DNA of 64,000 nucleotides from Candidatus Marinacidobacterium sp. (GCA_965220965.1 OZ244852.1:2272001-2336000), one strand, 5' to 3'. Counted from the first letter of the stretch, positions 9,202 through 20,102 are shown. The notes: generated by a model from the sequence alone, not told the origin. Program-made: numbers and translations.

Positions 9202-11538
9202 CTACCGGGGCGCCAGGTGACGGTCGAAGAACTCCACGATGCGCCGGGCGGCGTCGACCGCCGCCTCCCGTCGCCAGGACCGGATCACATGGCCCTGCTC
9301 GAGGTAGGACGCGAGCTGGGCCGGCCTGCCCAGGCGGCGCAGCGCGGTGAAGAGCTTCCCGGCGTCGTGGTACGCGTCGTCGGCGGTTCCGTGGACGATG
9401 AGCACCGGCGTGTGGATCCTGTCCGCGTGGTAGTAGGGCGAGTTGTCGAGGTAACGGCGGACGTCCGCCCAGGGGTGGTCGCCCATGCGAGCCTGGCCGC
9501 TTTCGCTCCACGCGAGCCAGAAACCCTCCCCGTCCACATCGATGCGCCCGTAGGTTCCGAAGAGGTCGAAGATGCCCGAAATGGGGACCGCGGCGCGGAA
9601 AATGTTCGTGCGGGTCACGATCGAGGCGGCGCCGTACCCGCCGTAGGACTGCCCGATGACGCCGAGCCGCGACGGGTCCACGTAGCCGAGCTCCGCGGCC
9701 CGAAGCGCCTGCGGCAGGAGCACATCCACCATCTCGCTCGCCGGGTTGCCCGCCTCCCGGTTGGGTCCGAGGGTCAACTGGACGAGCACGACGGCGTAGC
9801 CGCGGCTCGTGAACAAAAGGTTCGGGACCGTGACCACGTCCCCGCCGCCGAAATCGGATGCGCTCCGGGTCGCATCGCTTCCCGGGTACATGACGACGAT
9901 CCCCGGAAGACGGTCGCCGCGCGCCGCGCCCGGCGGCAGCAGGACGGAGGTCTTGACCGACGCGAGGGCGCCGTCGTGGAGCGGGACGAGCGTCTCGAAG
10001 GTCTCCGCCGAGCCGACCGCCACCGCTTCGAGACGCGGATCCAGGAGGGTGATCCGCTCGGGGATGAAGTCCGCATCGAAGCGGTAAAGGTTCGGAGGGG
10101 CCCGCAGGTCCTGGTACTGCCCCACGATGAAGTCGTGGCGCCCTCCGGAGGTCAGGTTCTCCAGGCGACCCCGGGCCTTCCACAGAATCCGCTCTTCCCC
10201 CGTGTCCGGATCGAAGCGGACCACGGCCTTCTCGCCGGTGGAGCGCTCGGTGAGCAGCACGTTCACCGAGGTCCCGTCGGGCTGCCAGAGGGTGCGCTCG
10301 TCCGCCATCACCAGGCTGTCCCAGACCCAGCGATCGTCATCCAGCGCGATGGTCTGCGGTGGGCCGCCGTCGAGCGGCGCCAGCGCGAGCGCCCGGGGGC
10401 GCGGGTCGCCGTAGCCCTGATCGTCGATCACGTCGGTTCCGAGGACCGCCGCGCTCCCGTCCCGGGTGAAACCGAACACGGTGGGCGCGACGTCGCCCAG
10501 TTGGGGCGCCAGTTCCCGGGGCGGCGAGGGGGCGCCCGACGCGAGGTCGAGGTAACGCATTCGCTTCCCTTCGAGGAACACCAGGCGGTCGTCCGCCGGA
10601 TGCCAGGCGTAGGTCGAGGTGAAGTAGGCGCGCTGGGTGAGCGGCAGGTCCTTCGCCAGCACGATGGGCTCGCCCCCGGCCGCCGGAACGACGCCGAGAT
10701 CCATGACGGTCTCCTGGGACGTGGGGCTCACGGCGCGGAACGAGGAGAGGACGCCGAGCCAGCGGCCGGACGCCGACCGCCGGATGGTCCCCCCGGCGAT
10801 CTCCCCGTCCTGCGGGAGCACCACGCGGGAGGCTCCGGTCGCGACATCCACCGCGGCCACGGTGACCAGGTGCTCGCGGGCGAAGTGCTCGGAGATCGGC
10901 GTGGGCGGCGGGGCCTCGTCGGGGAAAGCCGCCGCCTCGGTTCCGCTCCGGAGGACGACGACCCCCGCAGGGTGGCGCTCGCGAACGACTTCGCTCCGCG
11001 CCGGACTCCGGTACCGACCCTCCGGCGCGAATCCGGCGTAGATCGTCGAACTGTCCGGGCTCCAGCGCGGTTCGTCCCCGGTCCACAGCTTCGGCTTCAG
11101 CAACTGGTCCGAGAGCGGCCGGGCGGCTCCGGAGGACATTTCGTGGACCCAGAGCTGCGGGAAGCCGCCGGCGTCCGAGAAGAACGCGAGCCTCCGGCCG
11201 TCGGGCGACCACACCGGCCGCCAACAGGCGCCGCCCGGGCAGACCACGGAGGTCTCGCCGGTCGCGATCTCCGTCACCCGGATCGTGTCGCCGACGGCCG
11301 AAGCCGGAGTCCCGTTCGGCAGATAGCGTTCGTCGCCCGCCGCGCCGTCCGGCTGCGGCGTCTGAACGGTGTACGCGACCAGGGCGCCGTCCGGGGACAC
11401 GGCGGGCCGGGACTGCCAGGGAAACGTGGTCATCCCGAACGCCAGATCGAAGGGCAGGGCGCCAGGCGGGTCGCGGGAGTCCTCCTGGGACGCCGCCGCG
11501 ACCGCGGGGAGCAGAAGCGCGAGGGCGATCGTTCGCAT
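9202..11538 (-). CDS. S9 family (prolyl oligo/acylaminoacyl) peptidase, secreted
   Basis: Signal peptide, WSPDG beta-propeller repeats, nucleophile GQSYGG, HGTADD and EQGH. Confidence 0.9.
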   Translation of the reverse strand: MRTIALALLLPAVAAASQEDSRDPPGALPFDLAFGMTTFPWQSRPAVSPDGALVAYTVQTPQPDGAAGDERYLPNGTPASAVGDTIRVTEIATGETSVVCPGGACWRPVWSPDGRRLAFFSDAGGFPQLWVHEMSSGAARPLSDQLLKPKLWTGDEPRWSPDSSTIYAGFAPEGRYRSPARSEVVRERHPAGVVVLRSGTEAAAFPDEAPPPTPISEHFAREHLVTVAAVDVATGASRVVLPQDGEIAGGTIRRSASGRWLGVLSSFRAVSPTSQETVMDLGVVPAAGGEPIVLAKDLPLTQRAYFTSTYAWHPADDRLVFLEGKRMRYLDLASGAPSPPRELAPQLGDVAPTVFGFTRDGSAAVLGTDVIDDQGYGDPRPRALALAPLDGGPPQTIALDDDRWVWDSLVMADERTLWQPDGTSVNVLLTERSTGEKAVVRFDPDTGEERILWKARGRLENLTSGGRHDFIVGQYQDLRAPPNLYRFDADFIPERITLLDPRLEAVAVGSAETFETLVPLHDGALASVKTSVLLPPGAARGDRLPGIVVMYPGSDATRSASDFGGGDVVTVPNLLFTSRGYAVVLVQLTLGPNREAGNPASEMVDVLLPQALRAAELGYVDPSRLGVIGQSYGGYGAASIVTRTNIFRAAVPISGIFDLFGTYGRIDVDGEGFWLAWSESGQARMGDHPWADVRRYLDNSPYYHADRIHTPVLIVHGTADDAYHDAGKLFTALRRLGRPAQLASYLEQGHVIRSWRREAAVDAARRIVEFFDRHLAPR

Positions 11539-11636
11539 GGCGGGCTCGGTCGCTCCAAGTATGTCCGGACGCGCGGAGCCCGGCGGGCGGCGGCCATAAT
11601 TGCCCCTTCGGGGCGCGCCCGGAAGACGACGAGGCC

Positions 11637-12224
11637 ATGAGCGACTATTTCGATCTCCGATCCGACCTTTTCCGCCGCGCGTTCGACGCCGCCCTGCCCT
11701 ACGCGGACTACCTCGCCGGAGCGGCGCCCGCCGAACAGGCGGCGTGGGCCAGAGCGGAGGAGCGCGTCCCCCGCCTCCCGGAAGACGCCGCGGAGCGGCT
11801 CGACACCCGGGGCCGCCAGGTCCGGGCGCTCTGCCTCAGCGGAGCGTGGTGCGGCGACTGCGTCCGCTCGGGTCCGATCGTGGAGGCGGTGGCCGCCGCC
11901 GCCGGGCCGGCGCTCGAGCTCCGGATCCTGGACCGGGACGCGATGCCGGAGGTGCGCGACGAGCTGCGCGTGCTGGGGGCGATGCGCGTTCCGGTCGTCG
12001 TGTTCCTGACCGAGGATTTCCACGAGATCGCGCGCTACGGCGATCGCCCGTTGGTCGTGTACCGCGACAAGGCGGTTCGCGAGATGGGCGCGGCCTGTCC
12101 GGTCCCGGGAACGGAAGGTGACGGAGCCCTCGCAGTCGAGCTCGAGGAGTGGCTCGACGTGTTCGAGCGGGCGATTCTGATGGCCCGCCTGTGTCCCCCG
12201 CTCCGCGCCCGGCACGGCGACTGA
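11637..12224 (+). CDS. Thioredoxin-family protein
   Basis: WCGDC motif and RVP cis-Pro loop. Confidence 0.85.
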   Translation: MSDYFDLRSDLFRRAFDAALPYADYLAGAAPAEQAAWARAEERVPRLPEDAAERLDTRGRQVRALCLSGAWCGDCVRSGPIVEAVAAAAGPALELRILDRDAMPEVRDELRVLGAMRVPVVVFLTEDFHEIARYGDRPLVVYRDKAVREMGAACPVPGTEGDGALAVELEEWLDVFERAILMARLCPPLRARHGD

Positions 12225-12308
12225 GCAAGCGGTGAGCGGCCCCGGCGCGGCGCCTCCGGGCCGGGTCGACGCCGGGCGCGCGGCGGGCGGCCGCCTGGCA
12301 ACCGTCTG

Positions 12309-14117
12309 ATGCGCGACCTGTGGAGGCGTCTCCTCCCGTACCTGGCGCGCTACCGACGGCGGGTCGCGGTCGGACTCGCGACGCTGGTGCTTTGCCGGAT
12401 CTTCTACCTGATCATCCCCCAGATCCTCGAGCGGGCGGTGGATGCGCTGCAGGCGGGCGCCACCGACGAGATGTGGAACTTCGCCGCCGCCATCGTGGGG
12501 GTCTCGCTCGGTTCGGCGGTCTTCCGCTTCTACATGCGCTGGTATCTCATCGGGGTGTCGCGCTACGCCGAATACGACATGCGGCGCGACTTCTACGCGC
12601 GGCTCCAGACGCTGCCCGCCTCGTTCCACGCCCGCTACCGCGTCGGAGACCTGCTGTCGCGCGGCGCCCAGGACATGAACGCGGTGCGGATGGTCCTCGG
12701 GCCGGGCGTCATGTACCCGGTCGAGACCGTGATCACCACGGTTGGATGCTTCGGCTTCATGCTCGCGATCAGTCCCCGCCTGACCCTGGTGGCGATCGCG
12801 GTCATGCCGGTCGTCTCGGTGCTGATGAAGATCCTCGGAGAGAAGATCTTCCGGCGCTCGGAAGTCGTCCAGGCCAAGATGGCCGACATCTCGGCCATCG
12901 TCCAGGAGAACGCCGCCGGAGCCCGTCTGGTGCGAGCCTTCGCGCAGGAAGACTCCCAGCGGAAGGTCTTCCGCCAGGAGAACGAGGCCTACGCCGCCCG
13001 GAGCATGGAGCTCGTCGCGGTGAGCGCGGCGCTGTTCCCGCTCCTGCTGGCGCTGATCGGACTGGGGCTTGCGGGGAGTCTGGTGCTCGGCGGTCGACTG
13101 GCGGCCGCCGGGGCGATCACGATCGGCGAGCTCGTCGCCTTCCTCTTCTATTACGGCTACCTGACGTGGCCCATGATCGCGCTGGGCTGGGTGGTGAACA
13201 TCCACCAGCGGGGGGCCGCCTCGATGAAGCGGCTGGCGGCGGTGTTCGACGCCGAGCCCCTCGCCGCGCCGGCGACCCCGCCGGAAAACGGCGCCGGCTG
13301 GTCGTTCGGAACGCGGGGGGCCTCGATCGAGTTCGACGGCGTGACCTTCGCCTACCCGCCGCCGGCGGCGGGCGCCTCCCCGGAGGGGAATGGCGCGACG
13401 CGCCGTCCGGTGCTTCGCGACTTCCGCATCAGGATCGCTCCCGGCGAGACGGTCGCGCTGGTGGGACGCACCGGCTGCGGGAAGAGCACCGTGGCGCGCC
13501 TCATTCCGCGCCTCCACGATGTCCAGGAAGGCGCCGTCCGGGTGGCGGGCCGGGATGTCCGGGAGGCGCCGCTCGGAGACCTGCGGCGCCAGATCGCCTT
13601 CGTCCCGCAGGACAGTTTTCTCTTCTCGATGGAGCTGGGAGAGAACCTGGCTTTCGGGAAGCCGGAGGCCTCCCCGGCCGAGGTTCGACGGGTGGCGGGC
13701 GAGGCTGGCCTCGCCGACGACATCGCGGGCTTCCCGGACGGCTACGGGACCGTCGTCGGAGAGCGCGGCGTCACGCTCTCGGGGGGCCAGCGACAGCGCG
13801 CCGCGATCGCGCGGGCGCTGCTGCTCGACGCCCCCATTCTGGTGCTGGATGATGTGCTGAGCGCGGTGGACTCCGAGACCGAGGCGCGCATCCTGCAGGC
13901 GGTCCGCGAAGCCGCCCGGGAACGGACGACCCTGATCGTGGCGCACCGCCTCAGCACGGTGCGGGACGCCGACCGCATCTACCTGCTGGACACCGACAAG
14001 CAGGGCGCCGCCCGGATCGCCGAGTCGGGCGCCCACGACGAGCTCGTCGCCGCCGGGGGGCTCTACGCCGCGATGTATCGGCGGCAGATGCTGGAAGAGG
14101 AGCTGGCGCGCCTGTGA
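12309..14117 (+). CDS. ABC exporter, fused permease/ATPase (MdlA-like)
   Basis: TM domain followed by GRTGCGKS, LSGGQRQ, degenerate Walker B LVLDD and AHRLS. Confidence 0.93.
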   Translation: MRDLWRRLLPYLARYRRRVAVGLATLVLCRIFYLIIPQILERAVDALQAGATDEMWNFAAAIVGVSLGSAVFRFYMRWYLIGVSRYAEYDMRRDFYARLQTLPASFHARYRVGDLLSRGAQDMNAVRMVLGPGVMYPVETVITTVGCFGFMLAISPRLTLVAIAVMPVVSVLMKILGEKIFRRSEVVQAKMADISAIVQENAAGARLVRAFAQEDSQRKVFRQENEAYAARSMELVAVSAALFPLLLALIGLGLAGSLVLGGRLAAAGAITIGELVAFLFYYGYLTWPMIALGWVVNIHQRGAASMKRLAAVFDAEPLAAPATPPENGAGWSFGTRGASIEFDGVTFAYPPPAAGASPEGNGATRRPVLRDFRIRIAPGETVALVGRTGCGKSTVARLIPRLHDVQEGAVRVAGRDVREAPLGDLRRQIAFVPQDSFLFSMELGENLAFGKPEASPAEVRRVAGEAGLADDIAGFPDGYGTVVGERGVTLSGGQRQRAAIARALLLDAPILVLDDVLSAVDSETEARILQAVREAARERTTLIVAHRLSTVRDADRIYLLDTDKQGAARIAESGAHDELVAAGGLYAAMYRRQMLEEELARL

Positions 14118-15898
14118 GCGACTCCGCCGCCGCGCCGCAGCCCGAGCGCCGGGACCGGCGGCTTCTGGCCCACGTCCTGCCGTACGTCAAGCCCTACTGG
14201 CCGTTCATCGGTCTCGGCGTGCTGCTGGTGCTGGTCGCCGCCGGAGCGCAGATCGCCGGACCGTACCTGACCCGGATCGCAATCGATGACCACATCGCGG
14301 TGGGGGACACCGAAGGGCTGATCCGCATCCTCGGCCTCTACGCGCTCATGCTCGGCGTCGGTTTCGTCGCCGCCTACGGCCAGGCCTGGATCGTGAACCT
14401 GTTCGGCCAACGGGTCATGCGCGACATCCGGCGGGACGTCTTCGACCACATCCAGCGGCTCCATGCGGGATGGTTCGACCGGAATCCGATCGGGAAAGTG
14501 GTCACCCGCGCCACGAGCGATGTGGACGCCCTGAACGAACTGCTCAGCTCGGGCGTCGTCATGATCATCACCGACGTCGTGCTCCTCGTCGGGATCATGA
14601 CGGCGCTGCTGGTCATGAACTGGCAACTGGCGCTCGTGACCTTCGGGGCGGTCCCGGCGCTGTTCCTCGCCGGCTGGCTCTTCCGGCGCAAAATCCGGCC
14701 CGCGTTCCGACGGGTCCGGGAGGCGGTCGCCCAGGTGAACTCGTTCATCCAGGAGACCCTGACCGGGATCGAAGTGCTCCAGTTGTTCCGCCAGGAACGA
14801 CGGCGCGCCCGCGAATACCGGGTGCTGAACCGCGAGCACACCGGCGCCCATCTGGACACCGTGTTCTGTTTCTCGGTGTTCTATCCGGTCGTCGAGATGA
14901 TCACCGCGGTCACCATCGGGGTGATCGTGGGCTACGGAGGCGCCAGCATCGGCTCCGGGACGCTGAGCGTGGGCGCCCTCGTGGCGTTTCTCATGTACTC
15001 CGAGATGTTCTTCCGGCCGATCCGCGATCTGACCGAGAAGTTCAACATCCTCCAGGGGGCGATGGCCGCCTCGGAGCGCATCGTGGAGCTGCTTTCGACC
15101 GAACCCGGGATCGTGAGCCCGGCCCGGGCGCGCACACCCCGGCGCCGCGACGGGTCCTTCGGGCTGGATGCGGTCTGGTTCGCCTACAACGAACCGGACT
15201 GGGTCCTCGAGGACATCCGCCTGGACGTGGCGCCCGGGGAGACTCTGGCCGTCGTCGGGCACACCGGCGCGGGGAAGACGACGCTCGCCGCCCTGCTGCT
15301 GCGCCTTTACGAAGCGCAGCGCGGCGCGGTGCGGGTGGACGGGCTGGATGTTCGCGAGTGGGACCTGCGCGATCTGCGCGGGCAGTTCTCGATGGTCCAG
15401 CAGGATGTCCACCTGTTCTCCGGCAGCGTTCTCGACAACATCCGGCTGGGCGACCCCGCCATCAGCGAAGACGACGCCCGCCGGGCCGCCGAAGCGGCGG
15501 AGGTGACGACGTGGGCGGCGCAACTCCCCGACGGACTCGAGACCCGGCTCGGAGAGCGTGGCTCCGGGCTCTCCCAGGGGCAGCGTCAGCTCGTGGGGAT
15601 CGCCCGGGCGATGGCCCGGCGGTCGCGGGTGCTCGTCCTCGACGAGGCCACCTCGAGCGTGGACACCGAGACCGAGCGGGCGGTCCAGACCGCGCTCGGC
15701 CGCGTGCTCGAAGACCGGACGAGCCTGGTCATCGCCCACCGGCTCTCGACGATCCGGGGGGCGGACCGCATCGTCGTGCTCCACCGCGGCCGGGTCCGGG
15801 AAATCGGGACGCACGAGGAGCTTCTGGTGCGGGGGGACATCTACAGCCGCCTCGTGGAACTCCAGTTCGCGCAGGAGGCGGTGCTGGCGCCCGCATGA
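14114..15898 (+). CDS. ABC exporter, fused permease/ATPase (MdlB-like)
   Basis: GHTGAGKT, LSQGQRQ and LDEATS; GTGA overlap with the previous gene indicates a heterodimer pair. Confidence 0.93.
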   Translation: MSDSAAAPQPERRDRRLLAHVLPYVKPYWPFIGLGVLLVLVAAGAQIAGPYLTRIAIDDHIAVGDTEGLIRILGLYALMLGVGFVAAYGQAWIVNLFGQRVMRDIRRDVFDHIQRLHAGWFDRNPIGKVVTRATSDVDALNELLSSGVVMIITDVVLLVGIMTALLVMNWQLALVTFGAVPALFLAGWLFRRKIRPAFRRVREAVAQVNSFIQETLTGIEVLQLFRQERRRAREYRVLNREHTGAHLDTVFCFSVFYPVVEMITAVTIGVIVGYGGASIGSGTLSVGALVAFLMYSEMFFRPIRDLTEKFNILQGAMAASERIVELLSTEPGIVSPARARTPRRRDGSFGLDAVWFAYNEPDWVLEDIRLDVAPGETLAVVGHTGAGKTTLAALLLRLYEAQRGAVRVDGLDVREWDLRDLRGQFSMVQQDVHLFSGSVLDNIRLGDPAISEDDARRAAEAAEVTTWAAQLPDGLETRLGERGSGLSQGQRQLVGIARAMARRSRVLVLDEATSSVDTETERAVQTALGRVLEDRTSLVIAHRLSTIRGADRIVVLHRGRVREIGTHEELLVRGDIYSRLVELQFAQEAVLAPA

Positions 15899-15923
15899 GG
15901 CCGACGCGATCGGGAGAGACTTC

Positions 15924-16352
15924 ATGACCGAACCGCTGACGCTCGACCTGGAGGGGGTCATGGGCGTGCTTCCGCACCGGGAGCCGTTCCTCTTCCTGCA
16001 CGGCGTGACCGACCTGGTTCCGGGAGAGCGGGCCCGGGGGTTCGTGACGGTCCCCCCCGACCACCCCTACGGCCTGGGGCAACCCGAAGTCCCGGCGGGG
16101 CTCATCATCGAGGCGATGGCCCAGCTCGGCGGAGTGGCGATGCTCTACGAGCGGCGCGGAAAGGGCGCGCTCGTGCTCTTCCGGAGCATCCAGGGTTTCC
16201 GGTTGACCGGCTCGGTGGCGTTCGGTGCGCGGCTGGACCTCGCGGCGACGGTCGGCCGGGTGCGGGGACGCTTCGGCGAAGTCCACGGCGAGGCCCGGGC
16301 GGGCGGCGAACTGGTGGCGGAGGCCACGCTCGGTTTCGCCGTCATGGAGTGA
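15924..16352 (+). CDS. FabZ/FabA-like hotdog-fold protein
   Basis: LPHREPFLF and GLIIEAMAQ motifs; the GHFP motif is absent. Confidence 0.75.
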   Translation: MTEPLTLDLEGVMGVLPHREPFLFLHGVTDLVPGERARGFVTVPPDHPYGLGQPEVPAGLIIEAMAQLGGVAMLYERRGKGALVLFRSIQGFRLTGSVAFGARLDLAATVGRVRGRFGEVHGEARAGGELVAEATLGFAVME

Positions 16353-17659
16353 TCATGGACAGGAATCGGACGCCAGGAGTCCGGCGCAGGCTGTGGGTCG
16401 CGCTCGTGGGGGTGGCGCTGGCCGCCGGATCACCGGCCGCAGGGCAGGAGGCCTCGCCGGGCGAGTGGCTGGGCTTTCGCGGTCCGGGTCGCGACGGGAG
16501 GGTGAGCGGATGGCCGGAGCGGCTCGCCGAGCCCGCCGGCTGGCCGGAGGAACTCACCCCGTCCTGGCGGGTCGAGGTCGGGCTGGGCCACGCGAGTCCG
16601 GTGGTCGTCGGGGACGCCGTGCTGGTCTTCACCCGGGAAGGCGACGAGGAAGTCCTCCGGGCGCTCGACGCCGGGACCGGAGAGTCGCGCTGGCGGAGCG
16701 CCTACCCCGCCCCCTACACGATGCACCGCTCGGCGCGCGGTCACGGTCCCGGGCCCAAGGCGACGCCGGAGGTCGCATCGGGGCGGGTCTTCACGCTCGG
16801 GATCTCCGGGATCCTGTCGGCGTGGGACGCGGGAGGCGGCGCCCTCCTCTGGCGCCGGGATTACCGGGAGCGTTTCCCGACGGAGCGATGGCCGCTCTAC
16901 GGGACCGGGGCTTCGCCGCTCGCGCTCCCCGGGGGCGATGTCGTGCTGGTTCACCTCGGCGCGCCGGAGCGCGGGGTTCTGGCGGCGCTCGGCGCCGCAA
17001 CCGGGGACGCGGTCTGGGAGCTGGGGGACGACGGCCCGGCGTACGTCTCACCGATCCTGATCCGGGTCGCCGGCGTGAGCGCGGTGTTCACCATGACCGA
17101 AGAGCGGATCGTCGCCGTCTCCCCGGAGACCGGGGACCTGCTCTGGGAGATGCCGTTCACGACGCCGTACGACCAGAACATCATCACGCCGCTGCCGCTC
17201 CCCGACGGCGAGACGATCGTCTTCTCGGGGCTCGCCCAGCCCACGTTCGCGGTGCGCTTCCGGGCCGGCCCAGGCGGTGGACTGATCGGCGAGACGGTCT
17301 GGGAGGCGGAGGACAGCCCGCTCTACATGAGCAGCCCGGTCCTCACCGATGGCCGGATCACGGCGTTTTCGGAGCGCAACAGCGGCCAGTTCGTGAGCCT
17401 CGACGCGACGAGCGGCGCGGTCCGCTGGCGGTCGCCGCCCCGCTCGGGGGAAAACGCCGCCCTCCTGATGTTCGGGCGGACCGTGCTCGCCCTGACCGAC
17501 ACTTCGGAACTGCTGGTGCTCGATCCGGCGGCGTCCGAATTCGCCCCGCTCCGCCGCTACGAAGTCGCTCCGACCCCCACCTGGGCTCACCCGGCGCCGC
17601 TGGACGGCGGGCTCCTGGTCAAGGACGAGACGCACCTCGCCGCCTGGCGCTTCCCCTGA
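16349..17659 (+). CDS. PQQ-binding-like beta-propeller protein (BamB-like), secreted
   Basis: W..FRGP.RDG, repeated ALD..TG...W units and a PTWAHPA C-terminus. Confidence 0.88.
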   Translation: MIMDRNRTPGVRRRLWVALVGVALAAGSPAAGQEASPGEWLGFRGPGRDGRVSGWPERLAEPAGWPEELTPSWRVEVGLGHASPVVVGDAVLVFTREGDEEVLRALDAGTGESRWRSAYPAPYTMHRSARGHGPGPKATPEVASGRVFTLGISGILSAWDAGGGALLWRRDYRERFPTERWPLYGTGASPLALPGGDVVLVHLGAPERGVLAALGAATGDAVWELGDDGPAYVSPILIRVAGVSAVFTMTEERIVAVSPETGDLLWEMPFTTPYDQNIITPLPLPDGETIVFSGLAQPTFAVRFRAGPGGGLIGETVWEAEDSPLYMSSPVLTDGRITAFSERNSGQFVSLDATSGAVRWRSPPRSGENAALLMFGRTVLALTDTSELLVLDPAASEFAPLRRYEVAPTPTWAHPAPLDGGLLVKDETHLAAWRFP

Positions 17660-17827
17660 GGGGCGCTCAGGAGGCGAATCAGACGGCGTTGCCGGTTGTT
17701 CGCCTCGCGGCGACGCCCAGCCAATTGGGAGTGGTCGGGCGCGCTCTCTCAGGCGAGCCTCCCGAGGGTTTCGGCGGCCGCAGCGGGGCGTCGCGGATCG
17801 ACTACGCTCGCTACACCCGGACGACCC

Positions 17828-18556
17828 ATGCGCCTCTTCGACTCACCCGATGCCAGAGCCGAGCCTGTCGCCGGACAGGAGACCTCGGTTCTCCGTGCGG
17901 AGGCCTTTCTCGGAGGCCTCAACGATCACGAAGCGCAAAACGCACCCGGGCGGTTCTTCGTCGCCGGAGACGTCTCGCTTCTGCAGCACGGTCGACGCGT
18001 TGCGGTCGTGGGCTCGCGCGACGCCGATGCGGAGAGCCTCGATCGCACGCGGCGCTTCGTGAAGCATCTGGTGGACCACTGCGTCACCGTGGTCAGCGGT
18101 CTCGCCCTGGGCGTGGACACGATGGCGCATCAGACCGCGATGGAGGAGGGAGGCCGGACGATCGCCGTGCTCGGGACACCTCTGGATCGGACCTATCCCC
18201 GCCAAAACACGGCCATGCAGGAACGCATCATCCGGGAGCACGTGGCCGTGTCCCAGTTTGCGCCGGGCTCGCCGGTGCGTCGTCAGAACTTCGCGCTTCG
18301 GAACCGGACGATGGCCCTCATCACTGACGCCACCGTCGTCGTCACCGCCGGGCCGGAAAGCGGGACCAGACATCAGGGGTGGGAAGCGATCCGCCTCGGG
18401 CGCGATCTGTTCTTCCTCGAGCCCTTCGTCGAGTCGAGCATCCCGTGGGTCCAGGAACAGGTCGCGTACGGAGCGCAGCCGCTCGGTCCCGACAATCTGG
18501 ACCTGTTCTTCGAGCATCTGCCGGAAAGGGCCGGGCTCGAACCAGTTGCTTTCTGA
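17828..18556 (+). CDS. dprA: Short DprA/Smf (SLOG-fold) DNA-processing protein
   Basis: VAVVGSR, VVSGLALGVD..AH, TIAVLGT, NFALRNR and SGT; lacks the N-terminal SAM and C-terminal wHTH domains. Confidence 0.85.
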   Translation: MRLFDSPDARAEPVAGQETSVLRAEAFLGGLNDHEAQNAPGRFFVAGDVSLLQHGRRVAVVGSRDADAESLDRTRRFVKHLVDHCVTVVSGLALGVDTMAHQTAMEEGGRTIAVLGTPLDRTYPRQNTAMQERIIREHVAVSQFAPGSPVRRQNFALRNRTMALITDATVVVTAGPESGTRHQGWEAIRLGRDLFFLEPFVESSIPWVQEQVAYGAQPLGPDNLDLFFEHLPERAGLEPVAF

Positions 18557-18592
18557 AGCGCAGTCCGCGCAACGCGCGTCTCGACCAACGAC

Positions 18593-19789
18593 TCAGACCG
18601 GCCAGTCGCGCAAGAATTCGTGACCCAGCCGTCGGCCCTCCGCGAAAGCTCTTATCTGCTCCCCCAGCACATCGTCCAATTCGGTCTTCGCCTGGTGGAG
18701 ACTCTGTGTCCTCGCTTGCAGGTCTCCAACGGTGTCTCTGAACATATCTCCAACGCTGTCTCTGAACAGATCGACCCGGGTTCGACTTAACTGAGTCACG
18801 AACTCACCCACGATGCGTCGATAACGATTGGCTGTGTCTTCTTTATCCCACAAGAGGTTTTCTTTATCCCACGAGAGAAAGAAGAGTACGAAGAACATCG
18901 CGGCCTCACCAAAGACCGCGCGCATGAGCTGGCGAAACTGCCCTAGGTCCGGCCGTGCCACGTCCACGTAGTCCTTCATCGCCGTTTCCAGGTTCCGCGT
19001 CATTTTGCGTTCTCGAACTTGTCTCTCCCGCAGACTTGCGTTCGAATCCAACGAGACAAACGCCCTCACACACTCCGTGAGCCGAGACCAGTGCTTCGCG
19101 GCCTGTGAGTCGAGACGCTCAGTAATCCGACGAAGTTCCTTCAGTCTTCCTTCCACACCGTCCATGGTTTGGAACAGCAACCTCCGCGTGGTTTGGGGGA
19201 GGTGAAGGCCGCCCTTACTGGTGTCGTCGCTTATCGTACTTCCGCAACTCCCCTTGCCAAGGAGTTCGGGAAGCGATGCGATTAAGTGTCGGCTCAATTT
19301 GAGAAATAGCTCCACGTCACTGCGGAACGTGTCGTGCAGTGTCATCTTTCTCAACTCCGCCAGGAACTCCTGCAGCTTGCTGCACTGATGGCGTGCCGTA
19401 GCATCCGAATCGGAAGGATCATCCTTCACATAAACCATGATGCGCGGCCGCGACCCGTGACGCTCCCTCTGCTTCACCGCCCAGCGGAATTCCTCCTCAG
19501 TTCCGGACCCAAACCCCGGAGTCGGGGTCCCGAATCGACGCCACAGAAGCAGTATGAAAACATCAGGTCGCTCCTCTTCGTAGACGCGCCCTATAACTCG
19601 TTGCGGACCACCGCCATCGAAGTCCGGAACGGCGTGTGTTTCCCAGCGCAAGAGCTTGATGTGAACACTTAGAATCGGACCGATAGACTTGTTGAACGTC
19701 TCGATTGCGTTGGCCACTACGTCACGCTCACGCCTCACGTCCGAAGGCGACGACAGAAAGACCTTGATTGGCCGTAGGGACTGCGTCAT
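18593..19789 (-). CDS. DUF4062 (TIR/nucleoside-deoxyribosyltransferase-like) domain protein with helical C-terminus
   Basis: KVFLSSPSDVRRER, WE, PQ..I, RFGTPT and SGTEEEF; visibly lower GC than the flanks. Confidence 0.8.
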   Translation of the reverse strand: MTQSLRPIKVFLSSPSDVRRERDVVANAIETFNKSIGPILSVHIKLLRWETHAVPDFDGGGPQRVIGRVYEEERPDVFILLLWRRFGTPTPGFGSGTEEEFRWAVKQRERHGSRPRIMVYVKDDPSDSDATARHQCSKLQEFLAELRKMTLHDTFRSDVELFLKLSRHLIASLPELLGKGSCGSTISDDTSKGGLHLPQTTRRLLFQTMDGVEGRLKELRRITERLDSQAAKHWSRLTECVRAFVSLDSNASLRERQVRERKMTRNLETAMKDYVDVARPDLGQFRQLMRAVFGEAAMFFVLFFLSWDKENLLWDKEDTANRYRRIVGEFVTQLSRTRVDLFRDSVGDMFRDTVGDLQARTQSLHQAKTELDDVLGEQIRAFAEGRRLGHEFLRDWPV

Positions 19790-20102
19790 GGCTTTACTAG
19801 CGTCATCGCGCCCGAATCACTCCTCTGTAATGGTTCCAGTTGAAATGGTCTTCGTGTCCATGCGCCGTGGGCCTCATCCTGGCTGACGCACGCCATGACG
19901 AGGCGCCGTTGATTCGGAAGACGAACGGACCGGGCCGTGTTGATGTTGGCGGGCACGCAAAAGTGCACACATCTGGGCATCCAAAATGGCGCAGTTCGGG
20001 GCTTGGCGCGCGGATCGCTGGGGGCTGTCTGCGGGAGTAGCGTCTCCCAGGGGGAACGGGGATCGGGGCAAGCTGTCGTCTCTACTGACCGAGGGAGGCG
20101 TC

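Noticed and set aside
7646-10183. 845-aa ORF as an NqrA fusion
   Set aside because: The N-terminal part is an off-frame shadow of the S9 peptidase; NqrA homology starts at ATG 9040.
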